Assembly (NCBI GenBank): GCA_947462725.1
Contig: CANHPZ010000001.1
Coordinates: forward strand, 3,969 to 67,968
Origin: Flavobacteriales bacterium
Lineage (GTDB): Bacteria > Bacteroidota > Bacteroidia > Flavobacteriales_D > Sanyastnellaceae
Length of the DNA stretch: 64,000 nt
Direction of reading: 5' to 3'
Positions 30,177-37,903 of this stretch are shown here, one piece after another. The notes under the pieces are model-generated. The model did not search any database and was not told where the DNA came from. It worked only from the letters and a program-made list of their open reading frames with translations. The translations under genes and the position numbers were made by a program. Position 1 is the stretch's first letter. The number at the start of each line of letters is the position of its first letter.

Positions 30177-30230
30177 ACAAAAGTGTAACCCTGCATTCAC
30201 GCCTCGCCAATAGAACACCAACACTTTTGT
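30177..30230 (+). promoter_or_regulatory. 10-bp perfect inverted repeat ACAAAAGTGT...ACACTTTTGT (34-nt spacer) upstream of the ArsR-like gene
   Basis: Read directly from the sequence. The right arm ends 18 nt before the TTG start at 30249. Confidence 0.3.
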
Positions 30231-30248
30231 CGGTGAGAAATTGGCCCA

Positions 30249-30560
30249 TTGGAAGAAAAATCCACATACTCTGCTCTAGCTAGCGAATTATCCCACATCA
30301 ATAGGGCATTGGGGCATCCGGCGCGCATCGCTTTGCTGATAGCAATTGCTCAACGTGGCGGAAGTGTTCAAAATGAAACACTGGCTTTGCCGCAACTTTC
30401 GCAAGCGACCATGATGCAACACTTGAGAGAATTAAAGCGAGCAGGCTTGATTCAAGGCCGCATATTCGGAGCGAAGTCCAATTATAAAATCGATATCGAC
30501 AAGCTCAAGACATATCACCTGAACCTCAACGACTTCATGCACCAGGCTCAGAAGGCTTAA
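30249..30560 (+). CDS. ArsR/SmtB-family winged-helix transcriptional regulator
   Basis: 103 aa. LGHPARIALLIAI...QATMMQHLRELKRAGLI. Has no in-frame ATG before the HTH, so a TTG start is implied. Confidence 0.65.
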   Translation: MEEKSTYSALASELSHINRALGHPARIALLIAIAQRGGSVQNETLALPQLSQATMMQHLRELKRAGLIQGRIFGAKSNYKIDIDKLKTYHLNLNDFMHQAQKA

Positions 30561-30592
30561 GAAACCGGTAAATCTGAATTAACACAGATTTC

Positions 30593-30946
30593 ATGAATCG
30601 ACTGGAATTTTGCCTCGTGAAAATCCTCTACTTCATATTATCCCTCTGCTTGGCAGGATTATCCGGCTCTATTGCCGCGCACAACCTTCCAGATAGCAAA
30701 TCGATAATTATTGAAGGTGTCGTGTTTGATCGAAATTCGAATGAGACTCTTACCGGCGCCCTTGTTCGTATTCCGGGAACCGATTATTCTACCCTAACCG
30801 ACGAGGACGGATATTTCAAGATTGAATTATACAGCACCCCAGCTGCCCAAATCGAAATTTCCCTTGTCTCCTTTTTCGCAACTACTATAGACATTGCCCA
30901 GCCTTGCGCTTCGGGTCCTATGAATATTTCACTCCTCGAGAAATAG
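30593..30946 (+). CDS. Small secreted protein consisting only of a carboxypeptidase-regulatory-like (CarboxypepD_reg) domain
   Basis: 117 aa. IEGVVFDRNSNETLTGALVRIPGTDYSTLTDEDGYFKIEL resembles the N-terminal extension of SusC/TonB-dependent receptors. Confidence 0.55.
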   Translation: MNRLEFCLVKILYFILSLCLAGLSGSIAAHNLPDSKSIIIEGVVFDRNSNETLTGALVRIPGTDYSTLTDEDGYFKIELYSTPAAQIEISLVSFFATTIDIAQPCASGPMNISLLEK

Positions 30947-31054
30947 TTCTTTTTCAAGTCAATTCTGTAAATCTTAACATTGAAATCGAATCTCGATTGT
31001 TTCCTTATTGTTAAGTTTGTGTTTCCCTAGCATGAACACAAATACTATCTTGAC

Positions 31055-31531
31055 ATGAAAAAACTGAATCTTCTGCTTATGGCCCTGACTGTTGCTTCAG
31101 CCAACGTCATCGCTCAAGACTACCCACAGCTGCGCGATGGTGTTTTTTATTCTAACAACGGAACCCTTTTTACAGGCCAAGCAAAAATTGAGGTGAATAC
31201 TCCCGAAGGTAATCAACTGCAGGAAATTCAATCGGTGGATGGATTGCTGCATGGGAGTATTAGCTACTTCAACACAAAAGGTCAACTTACCGAAATAGGT
31301 AACTATGCCATGGGCAAGAAAGAAGGTGTTTGGACACAATTCGGCGCCGCTGGCAACAAGCTTGGAGAAGCTTATTACAAAGACGGCAAGAAGGACGGCA
31401 TTTGGACTGTTTGGGATGAGAAGGGAATTAAGCGCTATCACATGGTCTATAGCATGGGAAAAAAGGTTGACACATGGAAAATGTGGGACGAAAATGAGCA
31501 GCTCGTTTCTGAGCGAATCTTTCAAGAATAA
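31055..31531 (+). CDS. MORN-repeat-variant / YwqK-family protein, secreted
   Basis: 158 aa with a signal peptide. Repeats: GKKEGVWTQF, GKKDGIWTVWDEKG, GKKVDTWKMWDENE. Confidence 0.7.
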   Translation: MKKLNLLLMALTVASANVIAQDYPQLRDGVFYSNNGTLFTGQAKIEVNTPEGNQLQEIQSVDGLLHGSISYFNTKGQLTEIGNYAMGKKEGVWTQFGAAGNKLGEAYYKDGKKDGIWTVWDEKGIKRYHMVYSMGKKVDTWKMWDENEQLVSERIFQE

Positions 31532-32517
31532 TATTTCGCGTATCCCAAGTCCTCAAGCAACTGGTCATTGTTGCTATTGAGCCAAGGCCCATCGAGATCT
31601 GCCCAATTGCATTTCCCAATCAACTGTTCCGCAGCATTGCAGCCTATTGAGGATTCACTCATGCAGCCCATTAGCGCTAGCTTACCGTGTTGCTTCAATA
31701 ACTCGAGCATACGAGCCGCTGGAGTTATACCGCCGCACTTTTGCAACTTCACGTTCACTCCATCAAAACACGTCATTATCTCCATTAAATCGGATTCGCC
31801 TTGACATGCCTCGTCAGCGATAATCGGTATATCCGTGCTTTCCGCTAGATCTCGGCTCCATGCCCTGTCTGCTTTATCAAAAGGCTGCTCAATCAAAATA
31901 CATTGCTCCTCTTCTAGAATCTTCAACATATCTGCAGCTTGCTGTTTGGTCTTCCAAGCCTGATTAGCATCTACTGCAAAGGATAAGTTGGTGATTTTTC
32001 GAAAACCGCTCACAATGCGCTCATCGCATGAGCCATCCAATTTCAGCTTGAAACAAGAAAATCCTGCAGACAAACCAAAACCCACCTTTTCCTGCATTTC
32101 CTCGAATGTGGAAACACCCAATGTATAGGTATGTGGGACTGAGCCTATTTGTTTGGGCCAAAGCAACAAATCAGATATCGATTGCTGCTGCTGCTGTGCA
32201 TAAATCTGCCAGCATGCCATATCGATGGCTGCAATGGCCGGAGCATTGACGGGCAGCAATTCGCACAACATAGCAAACGTGTCATGCGGTGTGATCGCAT
32301 GCAATGCTTCTGATACAATAGGCATATTCAAGACTTCTACAACATCACTTGAGGTAATGCCCAAATACGGCGGTAACGTGGCTTCTCCATAGCCAACGAC
32401 CCCATCCTTTATAATTTTGAGAAAAACAACGTCTGTTCCTGTGCGCTCGCCATGAGCAATTCGAAACGGAAACCGAAAGTTCAATCGAGAAGGGAATATG
32501 TGAATTTCCAAACTCAT
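31522..32517 (-). CDS. Dipeptide epimerase (L-Ala-D/L-Glu epimerase-like), enolase superfamily
   Basis: 331 aa. FKLKLDG (KxK), VDANQAW, IEQP, ADE, VKLQKCGG. Confidence 0.75.
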   Translation of the reverse strand: MSLEIHIFPSRLNFRFPFRIAHGERTGTDVVFLKIIKDGVVGYGEATLPPYLGITSSDVVEVLNMPIVSEALHAITPHDTFAMLCELLPVNAPAIAAIDMACWQIYAQQQQQSISDLLLWPKQIGSVPHTYTLGVSTFEEMQEKVGFGLSAGFSCFKLKLDGSCDERIVSGFRKITNLSFAVDANQAWKTKQQAADMLKILEEEQCILIEQPFDKADRAWSRDLAESTDIPIIADEACQGESDLMEIMTCFDGVNVKLQKCGGITPAARMLELLKQHGKLALMGCMSESSIGCNAAEQLIGKCNWADLDGPWLNSNNDQLLEDLGYAKYYS

Positions 32518-33275
32518 ACAATCTTTACAATGAATGATGGATTGACCAAATGCTGTTTGTTGTAATGCTCAAGATTTTCGCACAGATACTCCAGTCGCGC
32601 GCCTGCTTCCTCTACTAAGATATGCCCCGCTGCCGTGTCCCATTCCATGGTTGGGCCACTCCTGAAATACACATCAGCCTGCCCGCTGGCAATCATACAA
32701 AACTTCAATGCACTGCCTACCTTGATGGTTTCAGCAATTGGAAATTGACTCAAAAACACACGCTCTTCATCCGACCCATGGGAACCACTGCCCACAGCTA
32801 TCCAATCCGTCTCCTTTCGGTTGGCGCTTATCCGGCATGAATCACCATCTTGATATATATATGCCCCACGACCATGTGCTGCCCAATACGTGCAACCCAT
32901 TACCGGAACATGAATAAAACCCAGCACGGGTCGTCCATTCTCAATTAAGGCAAGATTTATTGTGAACTGATCATTTCGCTTGATAAACTCCCTGGTTCCA
33001 TCCAATGGATCCAAGCACCAATAGCGTTGCCAATGCCTGCGTTCTTCAAATGGCAACTGTACTGCCTCTTCCGACATCACAGGGATACCAGGAAAATCAA
33101 GAATTAGTTGAGAGGCCAAGTATTCATGTGAACGCTTATCCGCCACCGTTAGAGGTGACAGATCATCCTTCCATTCGATTTCTGCCGCAAATTCCTCGTT
33201 GTTGTATACTTCCAAGATCTGCTCGGCCGCCTTATTCAACAAGCCAATTATTTTATTTATTTCCGCAATTATCAT
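32514..33275 (-). CDS. cysQ: 3'(2'),5'-bisphosphate nucleotidase (inositol monophosphatase family)
   Basis: 253 aa. SEE..., WCLDPLDGTREF, WDTAAGHIL. Confidence 0.8.
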   Translation of the reverse strand: MIIAEINKIIGLLNKAAEQILEVYNNEEFAAEIEWKDDLSPLTVADKRSHEYLASQLILDFPGIPVMSEEAVQLPFEERRHWQRYWCLDPLDGTREFIKRNDQFTINLALIENGRPVLGFIHVPVMGCTYWAAHGRGAYIYQDGDSCRISANRKETDWIAVGSGSHGSDEERVFLSQFPIAETIKVGSALKFCMIASGQADVYFRSGPTMEWDTAAGHILVEEAGARLEYLCENLEHYNKQHLVNPSFIVKIV

Positions 33276-33389
33276 CCTTCTATTACCGCAATTAGATTCG
33301 AGCAGAAAAATAGCTATAAAGCCCTTGCCATTCCCTAACGCGTGTATAATGAAAAACCTATTATTTTAGCGGCTTATTCAAAAGAACCT

Positions 33390-34367
33390 ATGAGAGAGAT
33401 ACAATTCCGCGAAGCCATTTGCGAGGCCATGTCCGAAGAAATGCGCAGAGACACATCCGTTTTTCTATTGGGCGAGGAAGTCGCCGAATACAACGGAGCC
33501 TATAAAGCATCCAAGGGAATGCTTGATGAATTCGGCGCAAAGCGTGTCATCGACACCCCCATTGCAGAGCTTGGTTTTTCCGGAATTGCCGTAGGTGCCG
33601 CTATGAATGGCTTGCGTCCAATTGTGGAATTCATGACATGGAATTTCGCCATTCTCGCAGCAGACCAAATCATCAACTCTGCGGCGAAAATGCTTCAGAT
33701 GAGCGGCGGACAATACAATGTTCCTATCGTGTTCCGCGGTCCTAATGGACAAGCAGGACAACTGGCAGCAACGCACTCTCAGAGCTTCGAATCAATGTAT
33801 GCGCACATTCCAGGCTTGAAGGTCATTACACCATCCAACCCATATGACGCTAAGGGCCTATTGAAAGCTGCCATTCGCGACAATGATCCTGTGGTGTTTT
33901 TTGAAAGTGAAAAAATGTATGGCGACAAAGGCCTCGTGCCCGATGGCGAATACATTATCCCAATTGGTTTGGCCGATGTGAAAAAAGAGGGTACAGACGT
34001 TACGCTGGTTTCTTTTGGTAAAATCATGAAGACCGCTCTGGCAGCGGCACAAGAACTCGAGAAGGAAGGAATCAGCATGGAGGTAATTGATTTACGTACA
34101 ATTCGTCCGCTCGATATCGATACCATAATTCAGTCGGTGAAAAAAACCAATCGCCTGATTATCCTTGAGGAATCTTGGCCGGTAGCTAGCATCTCGACTG
34201 AAATTGCGTATCGCGTTCAGCGCAACGCCTTCGACCATCTTGATGCACCCATTCGCCGACTCACTCAAACCGATACTCCGTTTGCTTTCGCAACATCTCT
34301 CATTGATGCTGCTCTTCCGCAAGTGGCCGACGTAGTTCGTGTTGCAAAAGAAGTAATGTATCGTTAA
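33390..34367 (+). CDS. pdhB: Pyruvate dehydrogenase E1 component beta subunit
   Basis: The ATG at 33390 gives MREIQFREAICEAM... (325 aa), whereas the track's GTG start at 33342 adds 16 aa. Strong E1-beta motifs are present (DTPIAELGF, PNGQAGQLAATHSQ). Confidence 0.9.
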   Translation: MREIQFREAICEAMSEEMRRDTSVFLLGEEVAEYNGAYKASKGMLDEFGAKRVIDTPIAELGFSGIAVGAAMNGLRPIVEFMTWNFAILAADQIINSAAKMLQMSGGQYNVPIVFRGPNGQAGQLAATHSQSFESMYAHIPGLKVITPSNPYDAKGLLKAAIRDNDPVVFFESEKMYGDKGLVPDGEYIIPIGLADVKKEGTDVTLVSFGKIMKTALAAAQELEKEGISMEVIDLRTIRPLDIDTIIQSVKKTNRLIILEESWPVASISTEIAYRVQRNAFDHLDAPIRRLTQTDTPFAFATSLIDAALPQVADVVRVAKEVMYR

Positions 34368-34396
34368 GCGATACCTTTCTCCAAAAAGAATTACGA

Positions 34397-34436
34397 AAAG
34401 GTGATGCCCGCTATCGGCGCATCACCTTTTCTATTT
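34397..34436. terminator. Bidirectional terminator between convergent pdhB and the cytochrome gene
   Basis: AAAGGTGATGC/GCATCACCTTT form an 11-bp stem. TTTTCTATTTT follows on the plus strand, and T-rich sequence follows on the minus strand. The right arm lies inside the last codons of the cytochrome ORF. Confidence 0.7.
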
Positions 34437-36399
34437 TACGACCACGCGAAGTTTGCACATCAAGCAAATACATGCCTGAAATCACTGGCAGTCGAATGGG
34501 TGTCTTGGAATTACTCGGACGCACTGTTTCAACTAACTTCCCTTCCATTGTATAGACGCTTACTTGCTGAATAATATCGCTTCCGGCATTTACCCACACC
34601 AATCCGCTTGCGGTAGGGTTAGGAGAAACCGAGAACAAGCGTGAGCGATCTGCGATACTAGTGATGGTTGACTGAACAGAAGAGCTCGCCATTTGCACCG
34701 GATCAGGACCTTCTTGCCAATACATCTCCTCAAATGAATTGATCAACGGATGATCCATCGCGAACATTTCTTGATTCCATTTGGGCGGTAAGGATTGATA
34801 CCAGAGGCGCGCAGTAATGGTAACGTTACCCGTCACGCCATCAAGCGGAACGTGGTAATGAATTTCATCCGTACCGGAACCCTCTAAGCCATTAAAAACA
34901 TTGAAGTTGGGGTCGGTTGCTGCAGCACCAACAACCATCGTAGTATCGTAGGCTGCGTGTGTTGTTGAAAATCCTGCAGGCACCAAGCGATTATCCTTGA
35001 TCATATGATGCGCTCGCTCAAGCACCGTGGTCACATTGCCTATCACATCACCCATGACCATTTCATATATCTGCACCTCATTCGCATCGTCCGTGATAAG
35101 ATCATAGTGGGGCTCCCAAGTTGGGTCTTGACCCTGCACCTCATAATCCGTGTTGATTTTGCCAGAATGGAAAACTTCATTGCCATCTTCATCCGTCATT
35201 ACGAACTCCACAAACGCACGGCGGGCTGGGTAACCGCTGGGCAGTTTATGTCCCGCCAAGTTGGTTAGCTTAACCGTATACCGTGCTGTATCACTATCAA
35301 TGGCTCCTTCTACAACTTGCAGCGTTGCTGAGTGGTTCTGTAAATTGTCGATGGTGCGGTTAATCACTGTTTGGAAATGGTTCTCGTTGGCAGTAAGGCC
35401 CAACTCATCAATGCGATTCTTCATCAATTCGAGCATAAAACTATTGCCCCCAACAAACCAGTGTTGCCCAAACGGCTCGCGGCCAGGCAACCAATCATAT
35501 CCTGAGGCTACAATAATGGGTTCTTGCGTGCGCGGCATATGGCACGTTTGACATTCTTGCGCAGTCAAGTCTTCGGTATTATATGAGCTGTTCAGCCACT
35601 CATGATAAGTTGCCTGCTCTATGAACCTAGTCCCCGTGGCTGCGCCTTGCAAATCCGCAGTATTGGTAACTAGTGTATGACAACCTGCGCAAACTTCTGA
35701 TTTGGAAACCTTCGAACTAGGTATTGGAGAAAGCCCAACAAAGTTCGCCATAATAAAATCCTGCAAGGGCAAACCGTCCTTCGCTATGCTAAAAACCGGC
35801 CCCCAAATGGTATCGGGATTATAGTGCAGTTCTCCAGAAAAAGTTAGGCCTGCGGTTTCAATTTGTTGGGCATGGCAAGCCATGCAACTCACCCCATCAC
35901 GCGCCAAAGAATCTGCATCTAGCATCTCTGTGGTGAAGTATTCTATGCCGTCATGGGCTGCTTCAAAACGCCCTAAGGGAGCGTGGCAAGACGTACATTT
36001 ATTTGTCAGTTCGCCAGCATGACCCGGATTAACCAGAGTCTCATGTGCGAGTTTCGCCCGCCACATAGGATCTTTGGCCGAGTTTGCCATCATTGTGGCC
36101 CTCCAGTTCTCTGTTGGTCCAACATTTTCACCTGCGCTGTTGACCAGTGCCAAAGGTGGATTCAAAACATCCATATCTACGCCATGGCATCCTGCGCAAC
36201 GACCTGACCCCATAAACATGTCGCTAACTCCGGTTGGCAAATCACCCAACAACACCTTGTATTGGCCCAATTCAGCACCGCTATGATAGCCCTTCGGCTT
36301 GCGTTTCTGATATGCTGCTGTAAACAAAACAAATACAATGGCAGCAAAGGATAGAACCCAAAACTTGGGACTTCCTTTCATGCGGTTCCAAAACTTCAT
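34411..36399 (-). CDS. Multiheme (5 x CXXCH) c-type cytochrome with a T9SS C-terminal sorting domain
   Basis: The ATG at 36399 gives MKFWNRMKGSPKFWVLSFAAIVFVLFTAAY, whereas the track start at 36483 overlaps the upstream gene. Heme motifs: CAGCH, CTSCH, CMACH, CAGCH, CQTCH. C-terminus: SPNPTASGLVWV...GMYLLDVQTSRGRKIEKV. Confidence 0.75.
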   Translation of the reverse strand: MKFWNRMKGSPKFWVLSFAAIVFVLFTAAYQKRKPKGYHSGAELGQYKVLLGDLPTGVSDMFMGSGRCAGCHGVDMDVLNPPLALVNSAGENVGPTENWRATMMANSAKDPMWRAKLAHETLVNPGHAGELTNKCTSCHAPLGRFEAAHDGIEYFTTEMLDADSLARDGVSCMACHAQQIETAGLTFSGELHYNPDTIWGPVFSIAKDGLPLQDFIMANFVGLSPIPSSKVSKSEVCAGCHTLVTNTADLQGAATGTRFIEQATYHEWLNSSYNTEDLTAQECQTCHMPRTQEPIIVASGYDWLPGREPFGQHWFVGGNSFMLELMKNRIDELGLTANENHFQTVINRTIDNLQNHSATLQVVEGAIDSDTARYTVKLTNLAGHKLPSGYPARRAFVEFVMTDEDGNEVFHSGKINTDYEVQGQDPTWEPHYDLITDDANEVQIYEMVMGDVIGNVTTVLERAHHMIKDNRLVPAGFSTTHAAYDTTMVVGAAATDPNFNVFNGLEGSGTDEIHYHVPLDGVTGNVTITARLWYQSLPPKWNQEMFAMDHPLINSFEEMYWQEGPDPVQMASSSVQSTITSIADRSRLFSVSPNPTASGLVWVNAGSDIIQQVSVYTMEGKLVETVRPSNSKTPIRLPVISGMYLLDVQTSRGRKIEKVMRR

Positions 36400-36460
36400 A
36401 AGATCATTTTGTGTTTGAACATCGAAAATACAATTGGCAGCATTAAACACCCGAACATGT

Positions 36461-36757
36461 TTACCAAACCTCCAATTTCTCAACGGCTATTATTTCAAGT
36501 AATACATTGATGCTATCAAGAATCTTGGTTTTTTGATACGAAAGTTCCTGCTTCAGTGGACCACTATCCATCTTTAGAACAAGTATCTTCCCATGCAGTT
36601 TGCATTCACGTGTTTTCTTCCAAATAATTTCTCCGACAACTTCCCGATAGCAGCGCACAACTTCCATCTCGTGATATCGTTCTTCCAAACCATTGCGGCG
36701 CAGGATTTCAGCAATCACACTCTTCAAATCCGTATCTGTGTATTTGCGTGTTGACAT
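36461..36757 (-). CDS. DUF721 domain protein (RecF-associated)
   Basis: 98 aa immediately downstream of recF. CYREVVGEIIWKKT...GKILVLKMDSGPLKQEL. Confidence 0.65.
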   Translation of the reverse strand: MSTRKYTDTDLKSVIAEILRRNGLEERYHEMEVVRCYREVVGEIIWKKTRECKLHGKILVLKMDSGPLKQELSYQKTKILDSINVLLEIIAVEKLEVW

Positions 36758-36778
36758 GGCTACAAATATGCGTCGGAA

Positions 36779-37897
36779 TTACTGCGCAACAGGTTGCAGT
36801 TTTCCACCATCCACTTGCCAAGCCAAAAAACTCATATCACGCTCTTTGAGCATGGCCGGCACCCGATCCAAACTGGTATCTGTAATGAAGATTTGACCCA
36901 GGCCATTCTTTTGAACCCAAGTGAGAATATTCTTTACGCGATGCTCATCTATCTTGTCGAAAAAATCGTCGAGCATCAACAGAGGATTCATGCCTAAATG
37001 CTCACGCAGAAAAAGAAATTGCGCGAATTTCAAGGCAAACAGAAATGACTTTTGTTGCCCTTGTGATGCAAACTTTTTTAGTGGATGACCCGCAATCAAA
37101 AACTCCAAATCATCGCGATGCACACCAGTGGATGTCCGCTCCAACGCACGATCTCTTCGCTCATTTTGTTTGAGCAATGCCTCCATACTCGAATCTTGCA
37201 ATTCGCTGCTGTATGCAATAGAAACGCTTTCCGCACCTCCGCAAACCTCCGCATATACACGATTAAATACCGAAGAAAAATCATGCATGAACCGCTTGCG
37301 TTCCTCATAAATAAATGTACCGCGCTCGATCAATTGCATATCCCATAACTCAATAAACTCGTCAGGAAAATGCGCTTGCTTGGCATACGTCTTCAACACC
37401 GTATTGCGCTGCAATAGGGCATGATTATAGGCCACTAATTCATCCAAATACTTTCGCGAAAATTGAGACAAGGTGCTATCCATAAACTTCCTGCGCACTT
37501 CACTACCTTCCCAGATGAGTTCTATGTCGTATGGGGTAACCATGATGCATGGCAGTAATCCTATATGCTCGAGAAGGCGATCATACTCCTTCTGATTGCG
37601 CTTAAATACTTTGCGTTGATTGCGTTTCAATGCGCATACAATATGCTCTTGAATTCCCTTTCGGAGAAAATCACCGGTAATGGCAAACTGCTGCTGATCG
37701 AAAGCAATGTTTTGCGAATCAATGGGATTAAAATAACTCTTGCAATTACTGAGATAATGAATAGCATCGAGCAAATTTGTTTTGCCCGAACCGTTCACCC
37801 CCAAAAAGCAAATTACTTGAGCTCTCGTATCTAAAGAAAGCTCCTCGTAGTTCTTGAAGTTGTATAGCGTAAGACGCTCTAAGCGCAAATCTTCCAT
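36779..37897 (-). CDS. recF: DNA replication and repair protein RecF
   Basis: The ATG at 37897 gives MEDLRLERLTLYNFKNY, whereas the track's TTG start at 37903 adds 2 aa. Walker A GVNGSGKTNLLDA. Signature SQGQQKS. LLMLDD. Confidence 0.93.
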   Translation of the reverse strand: MEDLRLERLTLYNFKNYEELSLDTRAQVICFLGVNGSGKTNLLDAIHYLSNCKSYFNPIDSQNIAFDQQQFAITGDFLRKGIQEHIVCALKRNQRKVFKRNQKEYDRLLEHIGLLPCIMVTPYDIELIWEGSEVRRKFMDSTLSQFSRKYLDELVAYNHALLQRNTVLKTYAKQAHFPDEFIELWDMQLIERGTFIYEERKRFMHDFSSVFNRVYAEVCGGAESVSIAYSSELQDSSMEALLKQNERRDRALERTSTGVHRDDLEFLIAGHPLKKFASQGQQKSFLFALKFAQFLFLREHLGMNPLLMLDDFFDKIDEHRVKNILTWVQKNGLGQIFITDTSLDRVPAMLKERDMSFLAWQVDGGKLQPVAQ

Positions 37898-37903
37898 GAC
37901 CAA

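Noticed and set aside
31055-31531. YwqK-family 'antitoxin' as evidence of a toxin-antitoxin or polymorphic-toxin locus
   Set aside because: No LXG/WXG or other toxin gene is adjacent, and the protein has a signal peptide. MORN-variant proteins are abundant stand-alone genes in Bacteroidota.
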